Assembly (NCBI GenBank): GCA_963663165.1
Contig: OY760175.1
Location: forward strand, 5,472,001 to 5,536,000
Reading direction: 5' to 3'
Length of the DNA: 64,000 nucleotides
Origin: an uncultured Desulfospira sp.
GTDB taxonomy: Bacteria; Desulfobacterota; Desulfobacteria; Desulfobacterales; Desulfobacteraceae
Shown piece after piece: positions 48,885-58,446 of this stretch (positions within the stretch are counted from its first letter, which is position 1; each line of letters starts with the position of its first letter). The notes beneath the pieces are model-generated. The model had not been told where the DNA came from. It made no database searches and was given only the letters and a program-made list of their open reading frames with translations. The position numbers and the translations under genes are program-made.

Positions 48885-49343
48885 ATGATCGTATTTGATC
48901 TTGAATGCCTTAACGGCCATACCTTTGAAGGCTGGTTTGAGGACAAAAAAGATCTTGAAAACCAGATAGAACAGGGCATGATCCAGTGCCCGGTCTGTGA
49001 AAATACCTCGGTAGTCCAAAAGCTTCACCCCATTGCCATCAGAAAATCGTCTTCTGCCCGGTCTTTTGACCGCAACTGCCCTGGCGAAACCGAACAGGCC
49101 TTGAGGGCCGGCCAGGAAGCCATGGCCGAATTAACGGAAAAAGTGGCCGAGTATGTGGAAAAAAATTTTGAAGATGTGGGATCGTCGTTTACCAAAGAGG
49201 CCCTGAAAATGCATTACGGCACCACGGAACATAAAAATATCCGGGGCACCACCACCAAAGAAGAGGAAAAGCTTCTGTCCAAAGAAGGGGTTCCGGTGTT
49301 TAAGGTGCCGGTTTTAAAAAAAGACAGCGAGGACTTAAATTAA
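48885..49343 (+). CDS. DUF1178-like zinc-ribbon protein
   Basis: MIVFDLEC..GH.FEGWF...CPVC; EDVG..F..EA.KMHYG. Confidence 0.85.
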   Translation: MIVFDLECLNGHTFEGWFEDKKDLENQIEQGMIQCPVCENTSVVQKLHPIAIRKSSSARSFDRNCPGETEQALRAGQEAMAELTEKVAEYVEKNFEDVGSSFTKEALKMHYGTTEHKNIRGTTTKEEEKLLSKEGVPVFKVPVLKKDSEDLN

Positions 49344-50026
49344 TGAGATCAACCCGAAGCCTGCTGCCCTGGTGCCTTTTACCGGCGGCCTGCCTGTTAA
49401 CCCTTATGGCCTGCGCGTCTTCCCACTCTTTTTCCATTCAGTTTTCACAGGTCAACGGCCTGAAAGCCGACGCACCTGTAATCTACAATGACCGAACCAT
49501 CGGCAAAGTCAACGACGTCACCTATACCAGAAATGCCGATTTCCTGGTGCAGGTTGAGCTTGAGCCTGACGTTGCTCATCTGGCCACCCGGAACGCCAGG
49601 TTTTCCATTGTTGATTCCCCGGGGCAGGCGGGAGAAAAAGCCATCCTGGTGGAACAGCCTGAGCCTGGCGGCAGCCCCATTGAATCGGGAGCCGTGGTCA
49701 AAGGATATGAAGGCAAGGGCGATACCCCCTTTGAACAGGACATGGAATCCCTGGCAACAGCCGTGGAAAACACGGTGGCCGCGTTCATTGCCACCTTTCA
49801 GAATATTCAGAAATCTGAAGAGTACCAAAGCTTTAAGGACAAACTGGCCGAGCTTGAAACCCAGCTAAAGAATTCAAGCAAAGAAATGGAACAGACCATT
49901 AAAAAAGATCTTTTGCCCAAGCTTGAGGAAAAACTTCAGGACATCATCAAAAGCCTGGAGGAGCAGGGGCAAAAGGACGAAGCCCGGGAACTGGAAAAAG
50001 AATTCGGAAAGCTCCAGGATATTTAG
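49343..50026 (+). CDS. MlaD/MCE-domain lipoprotein
   Basis: Lipobox LMAC; F..VNGL...APV...IGKV; coiled-coil C-terminus. Confidence 0.8.
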   Translation: MRSTRSLLPWCLLPAACLLTLMACASSHSFSIQFSQVNGLKADAPVIYNDRTIGKVNDVTYTRNADFLVQVELEPDVAHLATRNARFSIVDSPGQAGEKAILVEQPEPGGSPIESGAVVKGYEGKGDTPFEQDMESLATAVENTVAAFIATFQNIQKSEEYQSFKDKLAELETQLKNSSKEMEQTIKKDLLPKLEEKLQDIIKSLEEQGQKDEARELEKEFGKLQDI

Positions 50027-50086
50027 TGTTTGAGCGAGAAGTCACCCATTGTTTACATGGCCTCCCCCCGGACTTTGTTATGAAAA

Positions 50087-50737
50087 TCAATTGCGCCGCC
50101 GGTTCATTCCGGCCAGACTGAGCAGCCCAAACCCCACCATTAATATCGTTCCCGGTTCCGGGATGGTGGACGCTGCCACTGTCCAGACGGCGTAGACGTA
50201 ATTGCTCTCACTCGCCATATTGGTATTCGAGGATGTGTTAGTCGATTGGGTTTCATCATCCCCACTAGCATTATTAATTGCGCTGTAGGTGCTAAGAAGT
50301 GTACCTGTTTCACTAGAAGAATAAACACCGAATGCTGTAAGAACAATCGCATAAGTAGAACCCATACCAATACCGTAGGTTAAATTCGGAGAGCTATCGT
50401 ACTGATCCGTGACACCGGTTTCGCTCAAATCAAGAAAAACTTGATTTAACAAAGCTATAGATGCTGCTGCTGCCATCTCCCCATTTACAATAGAACCAAA
50501 ATCCCATGTATCATTAATCCAAAAAAGACTGTCTCCGCTATTATCAACAAATACAACGTCAAACAGGTATGTTTTTTCGCCTACCACAACCTCAACATCA
50601 TATGCCCCTGTAAGGACACGTCGATTGGTGCTGTCGTAATCAATTTTAAGCGTTACAGCGAACACAGAAGAACAAAATAATCCAACACAGAACAAAGAAA
50701 TGAAGATTAGGCTCGTAAAATATTTAAACCGTAACAT
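50087..50737 (-). CDS. PEP-CTERM surface protein
   Basis: Signal peptide; Ser/Thr-rich body; IPEPGT-hydrophobic-RRRN terminus. Confidence 0.9.
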   Translation of the reverse strand: MLRFKYFTSLIFISLFCVGLFCSSVFAVTLKIDYDSTNRRVLTGAYDVEVVVGEKTYLFDVVFVDNSGDSLFWINDTWDFGSIVNGEMAAAASIALLNQVFLDLSETGVTDQYDSSPNLTYGIGMGSTYAIVLTAFGVYSSSETGTLLSTYSAINNASGDDETQSTNTSSNTNMASESNYVYAVWTVAASTIPEPGTILMVGFGLLSLAGMNRRRN

Positions 50738-50957
50738 AAAAAAATCTCCTTGCTAAACGGATGAACAGTAATAGAAAAAGGTTAGGCCCTATTTGGTTGC
50801 TTTACATAACACTTCATCTTCTTTTATACCAGAAAAAAATTAGCATATGATTGTCTGTTGGTTATAATCGGGTTAACCGGAAGGGCCTTTGGGAGGAGGG
50901 CAACCACGGGTAAAAATGAATTAACCCTCCGATTAAAGGGCCTTTGGCTGTGGGGGG

Positions 50958-52919
50958 TCAGAACCACTGCACGGTTATGCTGTCAGGCTCATCCAGCACT
51001 TTCCGAACCATTCGGGCCATGTCGGCCAGGGGAACCGGTTTCATGAAAAAACCGTTGACCTTCAGGGTCTCCAGCTTTTCTTTGGACACCAGATCGCTGA
51101 AGCCGGTACACAGGATAATGGGAATGGCCGGACGGATTCTTCGCAGTTCAATCACCAGCCGGTCGCCGGTCATCCCCGGCATGGTCATGTCTGTAATAAC
51201 CAGGTCAAACTGACGGGCGTGTCCGGCAAACAACTCTAATGCCTCTGTTGCGTTGCCTGCCGCCTGGACGCGGTAACCGAGTTCTGTGAGCATCTGTTTG
51301 CCCACCGCTAAAATGGCAGGTTCATCATCGACCAGCAGGATGGATTCACTGCCCCCCTGTAACGGAATCCGGGTCAACGGCTGCTCCACGGGTTTTTCCC
51401 GGGTTAACGGCAGGTACACCTCAAAAGTGGTTCCTTTGCCCATCCGGCTGTCAAACAGAATGGCCCCGTTGTGGCTTTTTATAATCCCGTGGACTGCGGC
51501 CAGGCCTAATCCGGTCCCCTTTCCCGTTTCCTTGGTTGTAAAGTAAGGTTCAAATATATGATCCATATGTTCGGGCGCAATACCGGTCCCCGTATCGGAA
51601 ACGGTCAGCTTCCCGTAATCGCCCGGCAAAAGGCCCATGCCAGCGGCTTTTGTAGCTCCTAAAGATTCATTTGACAGGATGATTTTCAATGTCCCGCCGG
51701 TTTCCATCATGGCCTGATAGGCATTGGTGCATAAGTTCATGATGATCTGATGGATCCGTGAGTAATCGCCAATGATCCGGCAAGCAGCCGCCAATTGGGT
51801 GGTGATGTCGATGGTCATGGGAATCGCAGGCCTCAGCAGCCTGAGGGCATCTTCAACAATCTGATTCAGTTCAATGGGCGATCTGGCCTGTTCGTCTTTG
51901 CGGCTGAAGGCCAGAATATGGGAAACAAGGTCCCGGGCCCTCATGCCCGAACTGTGGATGGCCTCCACCTTAGGACGGATGTACGGATCCATCGGCAGTT
52001 CCTCAAGCAGTAATTCCGAATACCCCAGAATGGCCGATAAAATATTATTAAAATCGTGGGCGATCCCTCCGGCCAGTGTTCCAATGGCTTCAAGCTTCTG
52101 GGCCTGCTGGAGCTGGGCTTTGAGTTTATCTCTCTCAATTTCGGCCCGTTTCCGGTCCGTGATATCCATCAAAGACGCCACCCGGGTGGTTTCAATTAAA
52201 CTGACCGTAACCATCACCGTTCTGATCTCACCTGATTTACGCTTAATCCTGAATTCGTATTGAAACGGCGCTGTGGTGTCCTTTCTGGTCCGCAGGGAAT
52301 GATAATTCTGCATCCTTTCCAGGTCTTCTTTGACCACTAAATCCGACCATTTTATTTTATCAATGATGTCGGCTTTGGGATATCCGGTAAGTTCTGGAAA
52401 AACCGTGTTGCATTCCCGGATGAGACCGTCTTGTTTAAAAATGCATATGGCGGTTCCCTTATGGTTAAAGATGCTTTTAAATTTGACTTCACTTTCCTTC
52501 AGCGCTATTTCCGCAAGCTTGCGGTCCGTTATATCCTCACATGTAAAGATGGTATCAAACTTTTTTATGCTGTCCGGTACCCGGGCGCACCGGATAATGA
52601 TATACCGTTTAATCCCCCCTCTTTTTAATCCGGCTGTTTCAATGGTCCCTTCGCCTGTTTCATTTATCTGGCGGTACAGGTCTGCACCTGCCGTTTCATA
52701 GGTGTCCTTATTAAGATAAAGGAATTGCGTCGTTTTCCCCACTATTTCATCAAGGCGGTAGTCGACCAGTTTGCAAAAAGCGTCATTGCACCAGACAATT
52801 TTCCGGTTTTTAATTGTGCAAATTGAGGCCGGCGATGCCTGGATAATGGTGCATAAAAGCCTTTCTCGTTCTTGTAACGCCTGTACAGAATCAGCATTCC
52901 CGAAAATGGATGGCAGCAT
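50958..52919 (-). CDS. PAS-PAS hybrid histidine kinase with receiver domain
   Basis: LAGGIAHDFNN, NLCTNA, GTGLGL, LLVDDE...TDMTMP...KP. Confidence 0.95.
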   Translation of the reverse strand: MLPSIFGNADSVQALQERERLLCTIIQASPASICTIKNRKIVWCNDAFCKLVDYRLDEIVGKTTQFLYLNKDTYETAGADLYRQINETGEGTIETAGLKRGGIKRYIIIRCARVPDSIKKFDTIFTCEDITDRKLAEIALKESEVKFKSIFNHKGTAICIFKQDGLIRECNTVFPELTGYPKADIIDKIKWSDLVVKEDLERMQNYHSLRTRKDTTAPFQYEFRIKRKSGEIRTVMVTVSLIETTRVASLMDITDRKRAEIERDKLKAQLQQAQKLEAIGTLAGGIAHDFNNILSAILGYSELLLEELPMDPYIRPKVEAIHSSGMRARDLVSHILAFSRKDEQARSPIELNQIVEDALRLLRPAIPMTIDITTQLAAACRIIGDYSRIHQIIMNLCTNAYQAMMETGGTLKIILSNESLGATKAAGMGLLPGDYGKLTVSDTGTGIAPEHMDHIFEPYFTTKETGKGTGLGLAAVHGIIKSHNGAILFDSRMGKGTTFEVYLPLTREKPVEQPLTRIPLQGGSESILLVDDEPAILAVGKQMLTELGYRVQAAGNATEALELFAGHARQFDLVITDMTMPGMTGDRLVIELRRIRPAIPIILCTGFSDLVSKEKLETLKVNGFFMKPVPLADMARMVRKVLDEPDSITVQWF

Positions 52920-53060
52920 AGGGTCACTTTTCTTTAATGTTCAAAGGGGCTCCGCAGTCTGTTTTTTCTATACCAAATACGGCTGGTGTGTAAAGGCCTT
53001 ATTCGTTTGGGGCCCGGGTATCCGCATTTGAAATAATATGGCGGACGAACGAAAAAAAAG

Positions 53061-53151
53061 GGAGGCCGGAGAAAAGGAGACGGGAGACCGGAATGTGAAA
53101 CCCCTCAGAATGTGTGATCCGGTCTCCCTTTTTCCGGTCTTCGGTCTCCTT
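53061..53151. repeat. Inverted GGAGACC/GGTCTCC heptamer-like hairpin
   Basis: ggaggccggagaaaaggagacgggagaccgga ... tccggtctcccttttttccggtcttcggtctcc; related runs at 29432-29461 and 59763-59794. Confidence 0.7.
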
Positions 53152-53241
53152 TTATTTGACATCACTGGGGGATTGCCGTAAATAGTTAGATATACAGATT
53201 AAACCATAAGTAAGAATTGAATCCCGGCCCGTTGAGGAAAA

Positions 53242-53835
53242 ATGATGAAACATCAATTGATCACATTTTTCTTAATCGCCCTGTTCGCTATACTTTGCCC
53301 GTCAAAGACAGCGGTTTTTGCCGGTGACGGCAAATGGTTTGCCAGTATCTATGTCGGGCAGGCAACGGACAATCATCTTACCGCTATGGTTACTGAAGGT
53401 ACGGGGTTCATGGATTATTATCTGGTGTCCATTGGTTTGGGAAGAGAAATCTGGCGATACCGGGATTGTATTTCTTTTGAATGGGAGATTCAAATCGCCG
53501 AGCATTATGGCCACCAGAGTTATGAAGAATACAACGCAATGCTGGTGGCCAGGTGGCTTAAATTCCCCTGGGACCGTTATCTGGACACCAGCTTCGGGTT
53601 CGGTGAAGGCCTTTCCTATGCCAGCGAAACACCGGAAGTCGAAATCAAAAACTATGATGACAAGGTGTCCCGGTTTTTAAATTTTTTAAAATTCGAGATT
53701 GCGGTTAATCTTCCGTCAACGCCGGAATGGGTCGGGTTTGTTCAGATTTACCACCGTTCCGGTGTGTTCGGCACTTTCAACGGGGTTACCGGGGCCAGCA
53801 ATTTCATCGGCCTGGGGCTTCGATACCGGTTTTAA
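53242..53835 (+). CDS. Outer-membrane beta-barrel, PagL/acyloxyacyl hydrolase-like
   Basis: Signal peptide, GEGLSYA, HRSG, terminal LRYRF. Confidence 0.65.
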   Translation: MMKHQLITFFLIALFAILCPSKTAVFAGDGKWFASIYVGQATDNHLTAMVTEGTGFMDYYLVSIGLGREIWRYRDCISFEWEIQIAEHYGHQSYEEYNAMLVARWLKFPWDRYLDTSFGFGEGLSYASETPEVEIKNYDDKVSRFLNFLKFEIAVNLPSTPEWVGFVQIYHRSGVFGTFNGVTGASNFIGLGLRYRF

Positions 53836-53843
53836 CTTGCTGC

Positions 53844-54836
53844 CTAACCATTTATCAGTGCCTGAGGGTTAACCACATGGGGAACGGTGCCGGTTTTATA
53901 AAACTCAATGATGTTTTCTGCGGCCAGAAGGGACATACCGTTTCTGGCTTCCTTTGTGGCCGAACCAATATGGGGCAGCACACAGACATTTTCCATGGAC
54001 AGCAGCGGATGGTCTTTGGCCATGGGTTCCGGGTCTGTGACATCCAGGCCGGCCCCCCAGATATCCCTGTCTTTTAGGGCGTTCAAAAGATCACTCTGGT
54101 GGTGGACCGCCCCCCGGGCTGTGTTAATAAAAATAGCCGAGGGCTTCATTCGTTTGAATGCGGCCTTGTCAAACACCCCTTTGGTTTCCGGGGTCAGGGG
54201 ACAATGGGCCGATACCACATCACTTTGGGCCAGCAGGTCTTTAAAGTCCACCCGGCGGGCATCAAGTTCTTTTTCGGCAGCAGGGTAAGGGTTCCGGTTG
54301 CAATAAAGGATATCCATGCCATAGGCCCCTTTGCACCGCCGGGCCATGGCCATCCCGATCCGGCCCATGCCGAAGATGCCAAGGGTTTTGCCGGAAGGCT
54401 CCATCCCCAGGTGGGCCCGGGGCCTGAAAAAGTCCCAGCCTCCGTCCAGGATCAGCTTGTGGTTAAAAAACATTTTACGGGCCGTGGCAATCATCAGGCC
54501 AAAGGCGATATCGGCCGTGGCCTCGGTCATGACATCCGGGGTGTAGCCCACGGGAATTGAACGTGCCGTGGCATAGGCCACATCAATATTGTCATATCCG
54601 ACGGCAAACTGGGAAATGATCTCGAGGCGGGGGCATTGATCTAGAAATTTTTGGTTGACGGCGTCGCTTAAGGTACACATCAGGGCCTGGTGGCCCTGGG
54701 CGTTTTGAGAAAGCTCATCCGGTGTCATGGGCCGCTCCTGATGCCACAGGGTCAGCTCAAATCCGTTTTTTTCCAGCAGTTCCAGGCCGATTACCGGGAA
54801 TTTCCTGGTTACCAGTACTTTTTTTAGCGGATCCAT
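53844..54836 (-). CDS. D-2-hydroxyacid dehydrogenase (glyoxylate/hydroxypyruvate reductase)
   Basis: GMGRIG, INTARG, GLDV...EP, PHIGSAT. Confidence 0.93.
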   Translation of the reverse strand: MDPLKKVLVTRKFPVIGLELLEKNGFELTLWHQERPMTPDELSQNAQGHQALMCTLSDAVNQKFLDQCPRLEIISQFAVGYDNIDVAYATARSIPVGYTPDVMTEATADIAFGLMIATARKMFFNHKLILDGGWDFFRPRAHLGMEPSGKTLGIFGMGRIGMAMARRCKGAYGMDILYCNRNPYPAAEKELDARRVDFKDLLAQSDVVSAHCPLTPETKGVFDKAAFKRMKPSAIFINTARGAVHHQSDLLNALKDRDIWGAGLDVTDPEPMAKDHPLLSMENVCVLPHIGSATKEARNGMSLLAAENIIEFYKTGTVPHVVNPQALING

Positions 54837-54843
54837 TATTTTT

Positions 54844-55287
54844 TTAAAATTTCCTAATCAGTATCACCCCGGCCATCACCAATGCAATCCCGGCCACCCG
54901 CAGCCAGTTCACCGGGTGGGCCGGAATATCGAACAGCCCCAGGTGATCAATGAACAAGGCCATGATCATCTGTCCGGCCACCAGCAGGCTGAAGGTTAGG
55001 GCCGCCCCAAGTTTCGGGGTGAGCATAATGGTGGAGGCCACAAAAAAAGCCCCGAGGCAGCCGGCCCCCCAGTAAACCCAGTGAAGGGAAGATGCCTGGC
55101 GGGCGGCTGAAAAGTCCACCCGGACCACCAGGGAATAGAGAAACAGGGTCAGGGTTCCCACACAAAAGGAAATCAGGGCCGCATAAACCGGATCACCCAG
55201 GCTCTTTCCCATTTTCGTGTTCAGCCCGGCCTGGAGGGTACCCAGCATGCCGGCCACCAGGGCCGTCAAAAGCAAAATGGTTTTCAT
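54844..55287 (-). CDS. DMT/YdcZ-family small membrane transporter
   Basis: Q...N..., GQM..AL.IDH.GLF. Confidence 0.88.
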   Translation of the reverse strand: MKTILLLTALVAGMLGTLQAGLNTKMGKSLGDPVYAALISFCVGTLTLFLYSLVVRVDFSAARQASSLHWVYWGAGCLGAFFVASTIMLTPKLGAALTFSLLVAGQMIMALFIDHLGLFDIPAHPVNWLRVAGIALVMAGVILIRKF

Positions 55288-55299
55288 GGACTGCCCTTT

Positions 55300-55692
55300 T
55301 TACCCTGCTAAAATTTTAACATTGACCTTCCGGTTCCGGGGGCCGTCAAACTCGCAGAAAAAAATACCCTGCCAGGTCCCCAGGACCATGCTGCCGTTTT
55401 CAAGGGGGATCAGTTCCGACGGCCCAAACAGGCTGACCTTGATGTGGGCCGCGGAATTGCCTTCCATGTGTTTGAAATGGTCATCCCAGGGAATGACCTT
55501 ATTTATGGTTTTGAGAATATCCGCCTCCACTGCAGGGTCAGCGTTTTCGTTGATGGTGACGGCCGCTGTGGTGTGCATGGAATACACATGGACCAGGCCG
55601 TCCCTGATACCGGATGCCTGGACCACCTCCCTGACTTTGGCGGTGATGTCGATCATCTGGGTCCTGGCCGCAGTTTTGACGGAAATCATCAT
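55300..55692 (-). CDS. yjbQ: YjbQ/UPF0047 family protein
   Basis: HTTAAVTINENADP.V, H.EGNSAAHIK, LGTWQGIFFCEFDGPR. Confidence 0.93.
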   Translation of the reverse strand: MMISVKTAARTQMIDITAKVREVVQASGIRDGLVHVYSMHTTAAVTINENADPAVEADILKTINKVIPWDDHFKHMEGNSAAHIKVSLFGPSELIPLENGSMVLGTWQGIFFCEFDGPRNRKVNVKILAG

Positions 55693-57698
55693 GGCTTTAC
55701 CATTTCAAGGGCTTTCTTAACAATATTATCTGCTGAAAAACCAAATTCTTTTAATACCCTGCCGCCGGGGGCGGATGCGCCGAACCGGTCAATGCCGATG
55801 ATCTGTCCCTCATCTTTGACATATTTTTCCCAGCCCATGGAGATTCCGGCTTCAACGGCCAGCCGTTTTTTTACGGTATCCGGCAGCATTCTTTTTTTAT
55901 ACGCTTTGGGGGCCGCCTCAAACCATTCCCAGGACGGCATGGAAAGCACGGTGGCCTTGACCTTGTGTTCTTTTTCCAGAATATTTGCCGCTTCAAGGCT
56001 GACATGGACTTCAGCCCCGGTGGCAATGATGATCATGTCGGCATCCGTGCCGGCATCTTTGACCGGGTATGCCCCGAAGTTAAAATCAATATTATCTTTT
56101 GAAGCTTCCAGGACCGGCAGTTTCTGGCGGCTTAGGATCAGGGCCGTGGGAGAACTCATGTGGCTTAAGGCCTGTTTCCAGGCCAGGGCCGTCTCGTTGG
56201 CATCGGCCGGCCGGACCACTTTTAAGCCGGGGATGGCCCGAAGGGAGGCGATATGCTCCACGGGCTGATGGGTGGGGCCGTCTTCGCCCACGGCCACGCT
56301 GTCGTGGGTGAACACGTAAATCAGGGGCAGGTTCATGAGGCTGGCCACCCGGATGGCCGGTCTTAAGTAATCGGCAAATACCAGAAAGGTGCCGCCATAG
56401 GGCCGGACCCCTGAATGCAGGTACATGCCGGTCATGATGGCGCCCATGGCATGTTCCCGGACCCCGAACCGGATGTTTCTGTTCTCCCGGGCGGCGGCCT
56501 GAAATTCGGCGGAACAGTCCATATAGGTTTTATTGGACGGGGCCAGATCGGCGGAGCCGCCCATGAGGGTGGGCAGGTTCGGGGCAATGGCATTGAGCAC
56601 CTTGCCGGATGCGGCCCGGGTGGCAATGGGGCCGTCTTCTGGATTCAGCCACTTGATATCCTTGTCCCATCCCAGGGTCAGAAATCCACTGACGGCATCG
56701 GCAAACAGGGCCGTATCTTCCGGGTAATCCACCCGGTATACATCAAATACGGCCTGCCAGGTGGCCTCAAATCCCTGGCCGTAAGCAACGGCTTTCCGGG
56801 TATTTTCCAGAACCTCCTGGGGCACGTAAAAATCTTTGTCCGCCGGAACCTGGTAGAATTCCTTGACCTTTTTGATTTCTTCTTCACCCAAAGGAGAACC
56901 ATGGGCGTCGGGGCTGTCCTGCTTGGCCGGGCTGCCATAGGCAATGTGGGTGGACAGCTTGATCAGGGTCGGCCTTCCCACAGCGTCCTGTCCGGCCTGG
57001 ATGGCTTTCTGGATACCGTTAAGGTCGTTGCCGTCGCCCACTTCAACCACATGCCAGTTCATGCTTTCAAATTTGGCTTTGACGTTTTCCGTAAAGGTGA
57101 TATCGGTTTTGCCTTCAATGGTGATGGCATTGTCGTCATAAATCATGATCAGCTTGCCAAGACCTAAGTGGCCGGCCAGGGAAACCGCTTCCATGGCCAC
57201 CCCTTCCATAAGGTCCCCGTCGCCGCAGATCACATAAGTATAGTGGTTGATCAGTTCTTTATCATCTTTGTTAAACCGGGCGGCCAGATGGGTTTCGGCA
57301 ATGGCCATGCCCACGGCATTGGCCACGCCCTGGCCCAAGGGACCGGTGGTGGTCTCAACCCCGGGGGTATGCCCGTACTCCGGATGGCCCGGGGTTTTAG
57401 AGCCCCACTGCCTGAAATCCTTAAGGTCATCCAGTTCCAGCCCGTATCCAAAAAGGTAAAGCAGACTGTAAAGCAGGGAAGAACAATGGCCCCCGGACAG
57501 GACAAACCGGTCCCGGTTAATCCAGGCCGGATTCTTGGGGTTGTGCTTTAAAAACCGTTTGAACAGCACATATGCGGCCGGCGCAAGTCCCATAGGCGCA
57601 CCGGGATGGCCTGAGTTTGCCTTCTGGACGGCGTCAATGCAAAGGGTACGGATGGTGTTAATGGTCAGTTGGTCTAGTGTTTCAGCGGCATCAGCCAT
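55689..57698 (-). CDS. tkt: Transketolase
   Basis: SGHPGAPMG, TPGHPE, GDGDLMEG, GEDGPTHQP. Confidence 0.97.
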   Translation of the reverse strand: MADAAETLDQLTINTIRTLCIDAVQKANSGHPGAPMGLAPAAYVLFKRFLKHNPKNPAWINRDRFVLSGGHCSSLLYSLLYLFGYGLELDDLKDFRQWGSKTPGHPEYGHTPGVETTTGPLGQGVANAVGMAIAETHLAARFNKDDKELINHYTYVICGDGDLMEGVAMEAVSLAGHLGLGKLIMIYDDNAITIEGKTDITFTENVKAKFESMNWHVVEVGDGNDLNGIQKAIQAGQDAVGRPTLIKLSTHIAYGSPAKQDSPDAHGSPLGEEEIKKVKEFYQVPADKDFYVPQEVLENTRKAVAYGQGFEATWQAVFDVYRVDYPEDTALFADAVSGFLTLGWDKDIKWLNPEDGPIATRAASGKVLNAIAPNLPTLMGGSADLAPSNKTYMDCSAEFQAAARENRNIRFGVREHAMGAIMTGMYLHSGVRPYGGTFLVFADYLRPAIRVASLMNLPLIYVFTHDSVAVGEDGPTHQPVEHIASLRAIPGLKVVRPADANETALAWKQALSHMSSPTALILSRQKLPVLEASKDNIDFNFGAYPVKDAGTDADMIIIATGAEVHVSLEAANILEKEHKVKATVLSMPSWEWFEAAPKAYKKRMLPDTVKKRLAVEAGISMGWEKYVKDEGQIIGIDRFGASAPGGRVLKEFGFSADNIVKKALEMVKP

Positions 57699-57800
57699 GG
57701 TAGTTCTCCCTTCAAGAAACTGGAAATTCGATACAGGAAACAAGGCCTTGAACGCGCCTTGGCCGGTGTATCCTGCCTGCTTATGGTTAGTTTTTTATGA

Positions 57801-57882
57801 AAGCGGTTAGCTATAAGCAGTTAGCGGTTAGCGGACTGGGGTAATCTAAAAGCTAACGGCTAATTGCTAAAAGCTAATGGCT
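57801..57882. repeat. Inverted TTAGC/GCTAA heptamer arrays
   Basis: ggttagc tataagc agttagc ggttagc ... aagctaa cggctaa ttgctaa aagctaa. Confidence 0.85.
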
Positions 57883-58096
57883 TTCAGCCTTTATTTCGGA
57901 CAACACTGGCTCCAACACCCAGGCCGCCCATGACAGTTCTCTTAACGGCCTCTTGCGGCCATCCCCAATTATGAATCCTTAAAATGGTTTTCTGAAGGCC
58001 CTAAAAAACCGTGTAGTCCATGTCCGGCCCTCAAAAAGTAAACCCTTATTTTTATCAGGTATAATTTTAAAACTCAACAAGTTGTTTGGGTTCTGA

Positions 58097-58354
58097 CAGG
58101 GTGATCGCATGTAACTTGCCGGCTGGGTAGTCGAAATCGAAATCGTTATCGAAATCGAGCGAATCTTGAAACCAATTTCAATTTTTGGGTTGGAGCGGGC
58201 CATGCCCGCGATTCGATCGCGGGCATGGCCCGCTCCAACCTTGCATTGACCCAAAATGTAACGATAGCTGCAGGACGCCGGGTTTCCTTGGAGGAGCGCA
58301 TTCCGGTCTCCATTTAATTATTATGGATTGCTTTTTTTACATGCGATTGCCCTG
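58097..58354. mobile_element. MITE-like element with 18-bp TIRs enclosing hexamer repeats and a REP palindrome
   Basis: CAGGGTGATCGCATGTAA / TTACATGCGATTGCCCTG (16/18); no clear target-site duplication. Confidence 0.65.
58188..58240. repeat. REP/REPIN-like perfect palindrome
   Basis: GGTTGGAGCGGGCCATGCCCGCGA-ttcga-TCGCGGGCATGGCCCGCTCCAACC. Confidence 0.92.
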
Positions 58355-58446
58355 CCGGTTTTGAACATCCGCTTGACAGTGGCCTGCGGGTCCTTTAAAA
58401 AGGAAGATATCCATAATTTAAAGTCATCTTGGGGTCTGATAATAGC

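Noticed and set aside
50868..50948. AAGGGCCTTTGG direct repeat and a weak inverted repeat downstream of the hybrid kinase
   Set aside because: Only two short copies, which is insufficient for an array or element call
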